A stretch of 64,000 bases of DNA from NCBI RefSeq assembly GCF_009914755.1, contig NC_060931.1. One strand, written 5' to 3'. The notes below the pieces were generated by a model, which worked only from the letters and a program-made list of their open reading frames with translations, ran no database searches and was not told the origin of the DNA. The position numbers and the translations under genes were made by a program. Numbering within the stretch: the first letter of the stretch is position 1; each line of letters starts with the position of its first letter. Positions 26,680 through 39,390 of the stretch are shown one piece after another. The DNA is from the human T2T-CHM13v2.0 reference genome, Homo sapiens.

Positions 26680-27650
26680 ATCGCTCGCTAGGGGCGGGGC
26701 GCGTCCGTTCTCTTCTTCCAGCCTGGTGGCCATTCCTGGCGCTTCCCCGCTGCCGCCGGTCCAGCCCCGCCAGATCTGCAGCCCCTCCTTGCTCCGCCCT
26801 CCTGTCCCGTTCTCCCGGTTCTATTCCTTCCCCTCCCCCCAGCTCCTGCTGGGAGTGGAGATTGCATTTCAGTTGCCATTTGCATTCCCAATCAATCCGG
26901 ACTCCGCAATTAAGTCGGCTGGCGGAGCTGGGAGGGAGGCGGCGGCGGGAACGGGTCCTCTGGGGGCTGTCGCCTCCGCGCCTCTGCGCCGTTCCCATTC
27001 CGCCCCAGATTGCTTCCTGCTCCGCCGTGCGCAGCCGGCCGGCCGGGGAGGGAGCAGGAACCCCTGTAGCTTCTTTGGAGAGGGAGTGGGAAGAGGCACG
27101 GGCTAGGCGGGTTTCCTCCTGTCCGCTTCCCGGGAGCGGGCGGGTGGGTGGGGCGGGGCTGAGCGGCCCGGTCGTTCCGCCCGCGCCCCCGGCTAACGAG
27201 CGTCATTACAGCGGCTCCCTCGCCTCCGCCTGGGGAGGGCGTTGCCGAGGACGGGGGCGTTCAGGGTGGAGGAGGGACCCCCTCCCTGATCACATTCTCT
27301 GCGAGGAGGGAGGAGCCACACGTGTCTGGGTCGGAAAGGAGGTGCGGAGACCCCTTCCCGCCCTGACTGTCGGAGAAACCGCGCGCAGTGCAGGCCTTGA
27401 GGGGCTCCACCTTCCAGGCCGCTGGAGATGGGAGCAGAGCGGAGCAGAGCGGAGCGGGGCGGGGCGGGGCCGGCCGTGGAGTCTCCTGCTGAAGGCTGGG
27501 AAAGGCTGGGAGAGGCTGGGAGAGGCTGGGAGAGGCTGGGAGAGGGAAGCACGCCTAGTGGGGTGAGGGGAGTCGGGACGGGGGCGGGGAGCCGGGTCCA
27601 TCCCTCACACTTGGTTATTTCTTTGGTTTGTGTGCTGGGGGCGGGGCGGG
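26680..27650. promoter_or_regulatory. Intronic CpG island with GC boxes and an octamer motif
   Basis: CpG-rich, several GGGGCGGGG boxes, ATTTGCAT at 26878-26885. Confidence 0.65.
27491..27545. repeat. 10-bp tandem repeat (AGAGGCTGGG) x5
   Basis: gaaggctggg aaaggctggg agaggctggg agaggctggg agaggctggg. Confidence 0.9.
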
Positions 27651-29278
27651 GGGTATTGGGGATGACTCCAAGGCATCTCCAGAGCCTGAGGGACTTAGAG
27701 CCTTCGAGCACGCTAGTCCCATGGCTGGTCGCAGCGGGAGGGGGAACAGCTGACTGCTTCTGAGCTCTCAGTGCACCTGGCCCCTGGCCAGTGACAGGAA
27801 TACCACACCCAGAGGCAGGTCACCAAGGCCCAGCCTACCTGGAAGACTCCTTCGCAGACCAAGAGGCAGGGCCCGCTTGCCTTGTGGAAGGTCCCCTTAG
27901 TGCCGCTAGTTTTCAGAAACCCCTTTTGAGGATAGGGTCTCCCAGGCCAAGGGGGCCAGGTAGCAGGATGTGTCTGCACATGGCCATGTACTTCAACTCC
28001 CAGCCCGCATGCTCGCACCTCCAGCAATGGCATTTGGCCCTGGTGTGGCCGGAGGAGGAGCAGCAAGAATGTGAAACGTGCTGGAAAGTCAGCAATTGAT
28101 GTCACAGCTGCTGGGGCCGCTGGAAGTGGGTGCCCTTTCTGGCCTCCCCCTCACCTCCTGTTGGGGAGGGAGAGGTCCAGGAAACGGGAATCTCTTATCC
28201 TAATGGCATCCATCTAGGAGTTAGCCTTCTATTAAGAAGAACTTAGAGGAGGAAGGTGCAGTTGAATCCAGTATTTACCCCCCACCCTTGGGCGTCAGGA
28301 CCACGAGCTGCAGACTAGGGACTGCCGTTTCCTTGTGCCTGCATCTCTTAGTCCCTGTGTTGTTGGCTGTCTTCTGGCGGGGCCCTCCATTCCTAAAGGA
28401 GATGCCATCGCGGGGCCTCTTCCCTCTCTGGGCGCCCCCTCCTCTAAGTATGGGCAGAGTCCGCTTTTTCAAGTCTCCCTGCTGGGGGTGCTGCCCCTTC
28501 CGCTCTCCCAGCTGAGGGTGAGCCCCACACTCAGCCCCCAGTTTGTGGATCTACCTGTGCCCCTCTTCCCCCTATGCTATTTTTGCCTTGAAGTCTCCAG
28601 GGAGCACTGCCTCTTCTCAGCCCTCTTGAGTTGGGGATTTTGGAGGATGGGGGGCCATGGATGGTGATGCTGGTCCTGGATCTGCCCCTGGTCTCCATCG
28701 TGGCGCTCCCTGGTCCTGAATGACCCCCGCCTCCCATTCCCAGCTGTTGCCTTGTGTGTGTTGTTTAAGGGAGAGAAGCTGAGCCAGTGAGAGCATCTTT
28801 AGAGGGTTCTCACTAGAGGAGTAGGTTTCTCCTGGGAAGGAGGCCACAGCTGTGGTTGAGCATTGTCTCCTTCTATCTTCCTAGTGGGGTCTACCTCCTG
28901 CATTCGTCATCTGACAGCCAGGGTTTTAGGGGGCTTTTCCCCAGTTCTTCCAACATATGTTTACTGGGTGTCAGCTGTGGCCCAGGCCCTGTCCCCGGGG
29001 CAGGCTCCTTGTTGTGGCACTTTCGCTCATTCTTCTAGCCATCCAGCCTCTGCGTTCAGCGAGTCTCACTGGCTTACGCAGGAAGTGTGGTTGCTGGGAG
29101 GGAAGGCTGGGTCTTCCTGCTGCCTGGCTTGGTGGTCTGGGGGATGCTTGGGACAATTAGGGGATTTTCTGCCCTCTTATGGAGCTACCACAGGGGGTGG
29201 AAGGCCAGGAACTTAGCAAAATCTCTGCTGTTTTGACCCTTGGAGCCTCCTGGGGAGGAGCATCACTGATGGCCACTA

Positions 29279-29370
29279 TCTACACCCCTGAGCGTCTACT
29301 CCTGGCCGTCTATACCCCTGACTGTCTACACCTCCGATCATCTACACCCGACGGTCTACACCCCTGACAG
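29279..29370. repeat. Degenerate 14-16 bp minisatellite (TCTACACCCCTGAC..) x6
   Basis: Six units starting TCTA at 29279, 29295, 29309, 29325, 29341, 29355. Confidence 0.8.
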
Positions 29371-29641
29371 GCTTCTCCTGTCGAGGTGGCTCCACACACT
29401 GGGGAGGGAAGACGCCCACCTGCCGGAACAGCGGTCCAGCTGCTTCCTGATGGATGATGGGGGAGAGCCGAGTTCTGGGGAAGGACTGGTCTAAGGGGCC
29501 TTCCCAAGTTCACCGATAGGTCCTTAAAGGCTGCTTTGCTCAAAGTGGCCCAGGAGAAGTGGGGAGGGGGGAGGGCATTGCCTGACGACATCGTGACCTC
29601 CTCATGCCCTATGACCTAGGGGGCTGGCTCCTGGTTTCTGA

Positions 29642-30070
<429 letters not shown>

Positions 30071-33000
30071 TGAGCTGGGCAGTGCCAGTGGGGAGCTGTG
30101 GGCTTCTGGGCCTGGGATGGTGGAGGACCAGGGCTGTTGAGAATGGGCTAGAGCCTCGGACAGTCCTCCTGGGAGGAGAGCGAGGGTGGCCTTGTCTGTG
30201 GTTAGGAGGGTCTGGTGGCCACGTGGCCTGTGTCCCAGCTGGGGGGTGTTGTGGTGACTGGAGTGGCCCCTGTGCAGCTCCCCCACCCTTCTTTCCTCCC
30301 CTCCCCTCACTGCGTGGCTCCAGCACACAGCTGTCACCGGAATTCATCTCTGTCACCACCCCACTGTGGGGCTAATGAGTTCTCCTGTGAAGCCCCTCCA
30401 GCACAGCGCGTGCCCCCCACTGCCCCGCCCCGGCCCAGAAGCTCTGGGCCTGCCTCTGAATCCGCCCAAGGTGTCAGGAAGGCCTGACCCAAGAGGTGCA
30501 GGGTCCCTGTGTCCTGGCCATCACCCAGGCCCGAGAGCACCGCCCAGGCAGCCCTGCGGAGAAAACTCGCAGAGAAGGCCTGGCCCTCCTGGGCTTCTGG
30601 GTATCTGACCATCCTCAGGCAATGGTCCTCCCCCTCAGCTCAGGGGACAATGCCAGTCAGCCGCTCGCCCTTCCTAACACGCCTCACTCCACAGGGCAGG
30701 GCCTGGTACCTGGGAGACTGGAGGAGGGAGCACCCACATTCAGTGCAGCCAGCTCCTGAGCTCCCGCCCGACCCCCCCACCTCCCCACCGCGGGCACAGA
30801 CCTTGTCCCACTCGCGAGTCCTTGCGAGGCAATGAGAGGCAGCCAGGCCTGCTGGGAAGAGCGCCTACCACAGAGGCAGAAAGTATCGTAGGAGGCCAAA
30901 GGGCGCTCTGCGGGTACCAGGCTTTGTTACTGTGTACACAGCCCTACACTAAAGGAAGGGCCGGAAGACAAGGGGAGCCCCAGTATTTCCCTGTTGAAAG
31001 GCTCCAAGGCTTTCAGGGCCACTCACAGACAGGAAGTCCCAGGTAGGAGTGCTGAGGCCAGGAGACTGCACCAGCGTCTTCTAAGTCCCAGCCTGAGGTG
31101 TTTCACGGCCGACACCAGGCAGCTTAGCCGTGCCCTCTGCTCATGTCCAGCTGCCCACCTCGGTGGCGGAGCTTGGGAATGGGCCTGTTTGAAATGTCCG
31201 TTTCCCCACCTGTGTGGAGCTGCCCTTCCCCTTCCCCCTTTGCCCAGTTCTTACCTGCTCCTTTCTGTTTTATGTGACCCTAGCTTGGTGCGCTGTCTGT
31301 GCCCTCTGCCAACAGTGGAGGCAGCGAGGATGAAGAGGAGTGGCAAGGGGTGTCTTGGATGTGGAAGAAAGTGTGGGTTGTGGGGTTGGGCTGGGTTTTG
31401 GTTTCAGTAGAGGAAACACAGCCAGCTGGAGAGCAGAGCTCAGGGGGGTTGGTGGCTTTTCAGAGTCACCCGGCTGGTGGCTGAGCTAAGACTTGGACCC
31501 ATGACTTTGGCTCTGAGCATTACCCAGATTTTTCTGCACTTGCCAAGAGCACCTCCCTCTGGGGCTGGCTGAGAGAGTCATGTAAGAGTTAATAGCAGGG
31601 TGAGTGTTGTCAAGTAAGGAGGGAGTTGGGCTTGCCTGCCTGGGGCTAGGGTGGGTGTCTGAGCCCCCAGGAGTGCCCCTCCATGCCGCACTTGTTGCAC
31701 TGTGCGAGTCTTAGAATTCACCCTGCAAGGCCAGGCCTGGAAGTCCTGGCATCCAGATCCTGTCACAGGCCCCGAAGCATACTGGGCTACACACGGTGCA
31801 AAAGCACGAGTGGAGGCAGGGCCGGTTGTGGCTCCGTGCGCTCACAGCTCTCCGTGGAGCTCTGGCAGAGCCCGCTTCACTTTATGTCACGCCGCCACCA
31901 CCCCCGCCACACTTTCCCTCCCTCCGGGGCTGCCACCTCACCTCCTTCATCTCCCCTGGCCGCCACCTTCCAGCCTGAGCATGCTCTTCAGTTGCCAGCA
32001 ATGAGCAGGCCACCTCCCTACCTGTGAGCAGCCGCTTCTCTCTGGGGCTCTTCAAACCCTAAACCCTGGCAGGAAGCATGTCGAGGAAGGAGCTCCGGCA
32101 ACTCCAGAGGCTCCGACAGAACTCTGGGCTGAGCCTGGCTCTCCTCTCCAGCAAGGGTCTCGCCTGAGCCCCAAGGGCATCGGGACTGGTGACTCACCTA
32201 TGGATGGGGGCCGGGGAGACAGGACACACAGAAGATGAGTTCGTGGGCCAGCCCTGAGCCCCGCGCCCGATTCTCGCCGGCCCAAGAGAGCCCGCCGCAG
32301 CCTCCCCCATTTTGCAGCCAGCGGAGCCATTCACACAATCACCTTCTGTTAATTCTATCTGCAACATCAATTAAATTGTTTGTAGAAACTAATTGAATGT
32401 GGCTTAATCACACATCTTAATAGCTTTCCACGCTCTGAACTCGTTGTTAATTCCAGTAATAAAACGAGATGAGAACGCTGGCTGGGTAATTAGCGAGGAG
32501 GCTGGGGAAGAAATTGCTGTTTGATGGTGGGTAATAAAGGCAGCCGTGGTGACCGCTCTCCTGAGCAGCCGCCACCGCCACCATGCTCCCCGTTCTGCTG
32601 ACGGAGGGAAACGCTGCTGCCTGTCTGAGGTTCCCATCCCTGCTGATGCTCCTCAAGCTTCTCTCCACTGTCCTCTGGGCCCAGGCTCCAGGGTTGCCCG
32701 GGCACGAGGGCGTGGAATCCGGGGCTGTGGGTGCCGGCCTGCCCTGGGAATGTAGAGTGTCTGGCTGGTGCCGTCAGAGATGCTGAAGTTGGGCCGTCCT
32801 TTCCCCCGAGGCCAGTTTCTGGCACCTTAGCTCTGAACAGAGTCCCCCCTGCAACTCTTCTTCTTGGCATGGGGTCAGCTTTTCCTGCCATGTCCCAGCC
32901 TGGGCATCCCAGGGCTGTCGTGGGGCCTGGAAACTGTTGCAGCTGCTGTGACCTCCTTGTGAACTAGAGCAGCCCAAGCCCCTCCCCTAAGGAGGGACTG

Positions 33001-34679
33001 CAGCTGTGCCTTTGGCCCAGCCAGCTGTTGACTGCTGTCTGTAGTAGCCGATCTAAGATGTGATTGTGTACAGGGACTGCCGACGGGGACCAGGGACGGG
33101 CAGCTGAGTCTGTGGGATGCAAGTGGAGAGGGGGTGAGGCAGTGAAGTCATTGAGTGGACACTGGGCTGAAAGCAAGACAGAGGGCCGGCGGGGCCAGTG
33201 GCCTGCAGCCCAGCGTGCTGGAGAAGGATGGATGGAGGTACGCTGGGATGGCAGGAGGGGCTCCTGGGTCTGCTTCCTTCCCAGCCACCTTGGCAAGGCC
33301 CCAAGCTGTGGGCAGAGTCCTTCTCCGCCAAGTGTGGGCCGAGCGGTTGTCAAAGAGGTCCTGCCTGGGTGGGAGGCTGCTCACTGATTCCTCGGTTATG
33401 TCGTTCTGTGGTTCTGGGACAATGAACAAGACTTTAGCACATGTGTGCTCGGGCCAGGCACTTGGTACTGTCCCTCACAGAGGACTGGGGTGGCAGGAGG
33501 GCATAGGTAAGCCCAGGGCTGCCAGGAGCAGCAGTGGCAGGGAGTGTGGGCTCCTTCCTGAACACACCTTCTAAATGTGGCTCCTCTGCTCTGGTTGGTT
33601 AGTCCCCTGGTCCTCTTCCTGAAGGGCTGTCTGCCTGGGAAGATGCCATAGCCACCTTGAGAATGAAGGCGACTGCAGGCTCGGCGAGACCCACAGGGCT
33701 GGACCTGGGCAGGGAGGCCGCGTGCTGATGCCAGGCCTTTCCACCATTCCCCTGATGGCACGGAGCTGTGGGTGACGTCCAGCCCAGCCACAGAAGTGCA
33801 GGCGGAGGCTGGTGTTTGGCGCCTCTTTCCTCCGTCTAGCTGGTAACCTCCTCACCTTCTCTTAGTGACCTGGGACCAGGTGACTCCTTGTCTACCTGAT
33901 GTCTTCATTATTCCTGCCAGAGGGAGCCCTGGTGAGACTTCCTGCCCTTCCACTGCTTCCCAAGAGGCAGCAGGCCCCCTGGGCTCTTTTCAGCAGAGGA
34001 CAGTGTCGGTTTTCCCTGGAGCTAACGGGGTGAGAAGATAGAGCCAGCCTGGCGGGAAAGCAGTCTGATGGCCAGTGCGGTAAAGGTGAAGGCCGGGCTC
34101 CTCAGGGTAGGAGGAGCGCGTCTGGGAAGGCTCGTCGCACGGCCGCCCTTAGGATGCAGATATTCCAGAGGTGCTCACAGAGGGGAAAGGAGGAGCGGCT
34201 TTATGTCCAATCAATGTAATTCAGTCAGAAGTTAAATCTGGCACCACCACCCAGGTTCTTCTCTCAGGAAGGGGCATAGACCCATGGAGAGGAATTTGTG
34301 CCACTTTACCAAGGGCATTGGCTAGGAATTGCCATGGAGCTCAGGGACAGTGACAGGGACAGGGAAGCAGGAGGCAACAGGCTGGGACAGCCCTTAGGGC
34401 AGTGTCTGATACTAAACACTTGTCAAACAGTTTAAAGGGAAGCCTCTGGAGGAGAGGCTGGAAGCAGGAGGCCCAGCGGGGCTCCAGGCCAGGAAGCGGC
34501 AGGCTCCCACCCTCCCTCCCTGCACTCGGCCGTGGTGCTCCCTAAATGATGGGGGGAGTCCAAGCACAAAGTGGCCCCCCATCTCCGGGGCCCTGACTTG
34601 AAAGCAGGGTGAGTCCCGGGCCCAGGACAGGCTGGAGGAAGCCTGCACACAGGGCACAGGCTTGGGAATCTGAAAAACC

Positions 34680-34800
34680 TTGGCTTGAATCTGACTCTGC
34701 TACCATTTAATCGTGTGTTCCTGGGCAGATAAGCCTTTCTAAGCCTCAGTTGCTTCATCTACAAAACAGGCACTACCTCCCTCAGGTGGTGAAGATTACG
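34680..34800 (+). mobile_element. MIR fragment
   Basis: ttgaatctgactctgctacc..ctaagcctcagttgcttcatctacaaaa. Confidence 0.7.
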
Positions 34801-35479
34801 CGAGGCTATACGTGGAATGTATAAATACACTGCTGTAGGATGGTAAATACCCTGCACGCGACAGGCAGATGACATGACGGCGATGACGATGACTGCCGCC
34901 AGGGAATTGGTGGTACCTGTGAGAGCACCTGTTGCTGTATTCCAAAGTCCAGCAAAAAGAATCAGAGGCTTCCTTTTAAACTGTTTGACAAGTGTTTATT
35001 ATCAGACACTGTCCTAAGGGCTGGGACTATTCTAGGCTTTAGAAGGTTCTTAATGCCCAGGTGGGGGCTGCAGTGCTTGGTGGCCACCCTGTCATCCATG
35101 TCCCCGAGTGTCTCCGCTCCCCTCCTCAGCCAGGGGCTCTCCCTAAATCCCAGCCTGGCCCAGCACTTGGCCTGCTTTGTGCTGTTGCCTCTGAAGCCGT
35201 TGTTCCTGAGGGCCTGAGCCTCAGCGCTTAGCTCCAGGTCCTTCGCCGCCCCCAACTCTACCTCCCTCCTGGCAGACTCCCCCTAGAGCTGCTTTGAGCA
35301 CCGTGGAGATCGAGGTGGAATCCAGACTCGGAGACATTCTGTGGCTTAGAATCCTGCTTTTCAAGATTGGAGCCTTCCCTCTCCTCCCACAGCAGGGAGA
35401 GACCTAGGAGTTGCAAGGCTCAACGCTGGAGTGACTGCTGCTAACCAGTCTTCATCTGTCTCTCCCACCCGGCCTGCAG

Positions 35480-35648
35480 GATTACATGCAGAACATCCAC
35501 GGCAAGGAGATTGACCTGCTGCGGACAACGGTGAAAGTGCCAGGGAAGCGCCTGCCCCGAGCCACACCTGCCACAGCCCCGGGCACCAGCCCCCGTGCCA
35601 ACGGGCTGTCCGTGGAGCGGAGTAACACACAGCTGGGTGGGGGCACAG
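35480..35648 (+). CDS. AGAP3: AGAP3 exon 11 (DYMQNIHGKEIDLLRTTVKVPGKR...GGGT)
   Basis: cctgcag| ... G|gtgagg. Confidence 0.97.
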
Positions 35649-36849
35649 GTGAGGCGGCTGCTGAGGTGGGGGCCTGGGGGGTGGCTGCCTTGGAGCCAAG
35701 GCAAGCAGGCATTCTGGGCTTGGCTGCTTCTCAGCCTGGGCACAGGGTGCTGGCCAGCATCACACTTCAAGGTCATCTCAGCCAAAGACATGTGCCCTAA
35801 CGCAGCCCTCGTGGAGTTAGTTGAGGTGACAGCAAATGCCTAGACGAGCAGTTGATCTGGATGTCAGATGGGGCCAAGTAGTGTCATGTTTGGGCAGTGG
35901 TGCTGGTGGTCCTAGGCCCATCTCTGCATCTGGATCCGAGGCAGGCGATGGGTGGGGGCCATGCCTCTGGGTGCATGGCCGGCATCTCAGCCAAGGTTGG
36001 CATATGGAGATAGGGGAGGTGGAAGGGGACGGAGCTGTCTGAGGTCAACCTGGTGCATATTCTCAGGCCTGAGTGAGAGGCGGGTCTCTGCTCAGAGAGG
36101 ACTGAATTTAGACAGGATCTGGAGGCAAGAAACTCCAGTGAAGAGCTGTTGCGTTCTTGCCTTTTCAACTGACAGTGCTGGCTCAGGTGAAAGGCCTCCT
36201 GTCCCCAGCAACTCCCTAGTGCCGCTTCATTCCTCCTCCTTTGGGCCCCCAGGCCCCATGCTCTTCCAGGGTCCGTCCTTCCACACCCGTTTCCCTCGCT
36301 TCCAGAGCCCCTGGCTCCCGATTGCTTTCCCCCAAGACTTCAGTATCCCCAGTGTTGTCCTAGACCATTGGATCTCATGTTCCCTGGGCCCAGTAACAGC
36401 TGCCCTGCTGGTGCCATTCCTGTGCCCTGTCCCAGCAGTCAGCGCTTGGCAGCACAGGTCTGCAGCTGGGTGAGTCACCTCCCTAGAGGGCCTGTGCTTG
36501 TCACAGTGAGGGGAGGATGTGACAGACTTAGTGGACAGGTGGTTGGGGATACGACATCCAGTCCCCTGGAATGGATGGGAGAGACCCCAAACAATAAAGA
36601 ATTGTCCCACTCACAAGGCTGATGGGACTCCGCTGAGAAAGCCCAGGTTAGAGGGAAGGAAGGCGCAATGATGCCTCCAGGTGTGGTCCTTGTTGGAGGC
36701 AAGGCACCTGAACCAGGTGTGCTGGGCCCACTCTCGCAGAAACACCGTGGACCAGCCCGAAGGCAGGGGAGTGGCCAGGGGGAGGGGCCTGACACAACTG
36801 AGATGTACCCTATGCAGTGGATGTCTCTGCATCAGGTCCCAGGTCCTCA

Positions 36850-36990
36850 GCAGCTGTGAAGTAGAGATTATTGTCCCCATTTTAATGAGGAAACAGAGGC
36901 TTGGCGTAGCTAACAAACTTGTCTGTAAATTCCACAGTAAGTGGGAGACCTAGGGTTCAACCTAACTGTGTCTGACTTGAAGAGCCATCT
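36850..36990 (-). mobile_element. MIR fragment
   Basis: attattgtccccattttaatgaggaaacagaggc core. Confidence 0.7.
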
Positions 36991-39219
36991 TCTTTCCTCT
37001 AAGCCACCCTGAGCTCAGAAAGGAAGCCTGTGAGGTGGATGGAGGGAAGGAAGGAAGCTAAGAAGGAGAAGGCCGGCCACCACCCATCATGGGGCTGTGC
37101 CAGTGGGGGACCTTGAGCCTGCCGTGGGGTTGTACTGGCCTGATGGCAGGTCACATGCAGTCTTCAGTGCTCTGCCCGGAGAGCGGGTCAGAGCTGCGGG
37201 GAGCCCTCTGGCACCGGCCCCCAGGAGCCCCTTTGGTCAGCTTGGGGTTTCTCTTATCATTCCAAAAATGAGGAGCAGGCCCAAGTGAGTCCCTTTCCTT
37301 GACAGCAGGGAGCCAGAGGACAGCTGGGCTGTTTCCCTAGAGCAAGGGAAACGAGAAGACGCTGTCCTGTCCCGTTCCTGTCCCTGACATCCCTCACCTG
37401 GGAGCGGCAGTGGCATGGAGGAGACAGCCCCGTGCCCTCGCTCCTGTAATGACAGCGCCCACACGCAGGAGCTCGCGGACGGTGCCCACCCAGCCCGCGT
37501 CCCGCTGCCGCATGCCGACGCCGACACCGACCCTCGTGCACACTCACACATGTCTCTCACTCACCGGGCGATGTTAACATCTCATTATCTTTGTTACTGT
37601 AATTACATTATCCGCTGCTTTATGCAGAATTATCCTCCGAGGACTAATTGATGGCTCCATGTTTAATTCATTAATCATTAGCATCAAATTCGACAATTAC
37701 AGTGCACACTGATTGTGGGATTGCAGGCGTAATGAGGGGAGAATTAACAAAGAAAAGGGAAAGCACTTTCCCTCCCTCAGGATTTTGGGTCGGGGGCTTG
37801 GGGAGGAAGTTGGGCCTGTGATGTCTTTGGATGGGGCTAGGGATGAGGGGGAATAAGATTTGGAACCTGGAAGGGAATGAAAGCAGGGGTGAGGAGAAGC
37901 AAGGTATCTGAGAAATGAGGGACCAAGTGTGCACCCCGGAAGGTTTCCTGAGGCGGGACCTGTGAGGGCAGAGGACGGGAGGTGGGTGGGATTCTGAAGA
38001 GGCAGCCTCTACATGTTTCTTCGGGGCCTGGAGATGGAGACCGGCCTGTAGCCTCTGTGCTGCACGTATGTGACTAAGCACTTACTATGTGTCTGGTCCT
38101 CTTTGGGGTGTTGTGACAGATACAAGAGGAACATAAAACTTGCTCCCTGCCTTTGGGCGTCTCCCAGCAGCAGAGCTGTGGCCCCTTGGGCCATTCCTTT
38201 ACCTTCCAGCTGCTGCAGCCTGGTGCCGTCTCCCCGCAGGCTTCCCCTCAGTCCCGCCGCCTGCAGGGCTGGTGTGAGACCTGGCGCCTGCCCTTCCCCT
38301 GGCTGGGCCTCTGCCTGCTGTCTCCAGCTTTGGCCAGCTCCGGGCCCCTTCTCTGCTTTCCCACTAACCTCCAGCACCTGGCGGGCTCCTCCGCTTCAAG
38401 GTTGAAGCACCTCAGGTTCGGCCCCCGTGTTCTTAGACCGCCTGGGGCCATTTCTTTGTGGTCTCAGTGTTGGGTGGACTGAAGAAGGGGAAGGAAGCTT
38501 AGGTTCTCGGAGTTCCAACTCAGGCCTTGTACCACAGGCCTCTGAGGCCCCACGGCTGTTCCCAGAATCTCTCCAGCAGGGGCTCAGCCAGGGAGTGAGG
38601 TGGGAGAATTGTGCGGCGCTCTGTCCTCCCTCCACTGCCGGCCGCCGCGCCTGCCCCAGCCTTGGCTTTCCTAGAGCCTTCGGTTCCCCCTGGCTCTGCC
38701 ATTCTTCCCTGATGGGAAACGAAAGATTAATTTTCTCCAGCCCAACAGGATAATTACTAATACTAATTAGACATAATTACTTGAATTTGATACACTTATT
38801 TCTCGTCAGAATGGCAGTAAAGCTGAGGCGAAGCAAATGGCATATGTGGACTAGAATGGAGGGTGCAGGGGCCCAAGCCAGGAGGGGCCCCTCGAGCACT
38901 GCGGCGATGGGTGTCAGCACCACCCAGCTCGTTCCACAAGTTGGAAGATCTCTGATGCAGAGACCCCCCGCCCCGCTCCCGGACCACAGTGAGGGGACAG
39001 AGCTGTGGACCGTGAAGATCTGGGGACAGGCTGCTTCCTAAGGCACACAGGGTCCCTGCGCAGCCTCTGGCTCTCCCAGAAGCTGGCCCGCCACCTGATG
39101 AACCCAGTGCCCTGCTGAATGTCTCAGGCTCTGCTCTGCAGCTCTATTTTTAGGATAGTATCTTTGAGAATCCTCCCCTGCCCGGCCTCCCTTCCCAGTC
39201 TGACCCTTCCCGCCCCCAG

Positions 39220-39390
39220 GTGCCCCCCACTCGGCCAGCAGCGCATCCCTGCACTCTGAGCGCCCCCTCAGCAGCTCGGCCTGGGCTGGCCCGCGCCCTG
39301 AGGGGCTGCACCAGCGCTCCTGCTCCGTTTCCAGCGCCGACCAGTGGAGTGAGGCCACCACTTCCCTGCCCCCAGGCATGCAGCACCCTG
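39220..39390 (+). CDS. AGAP3: AGAP3 exon 12 (GAPHSASSASLHSERP...GMQHP), PH insert
   Basis: cccccag| ... G|gtgagt; 171 nt, phase 1-1. Confidence 0.93.

Noticed and set aside
29279-29370. Repeat array as CRISPR-like
   Set aside because: Human DNA, no unique spacers, no cas genes; simple minisatellite.
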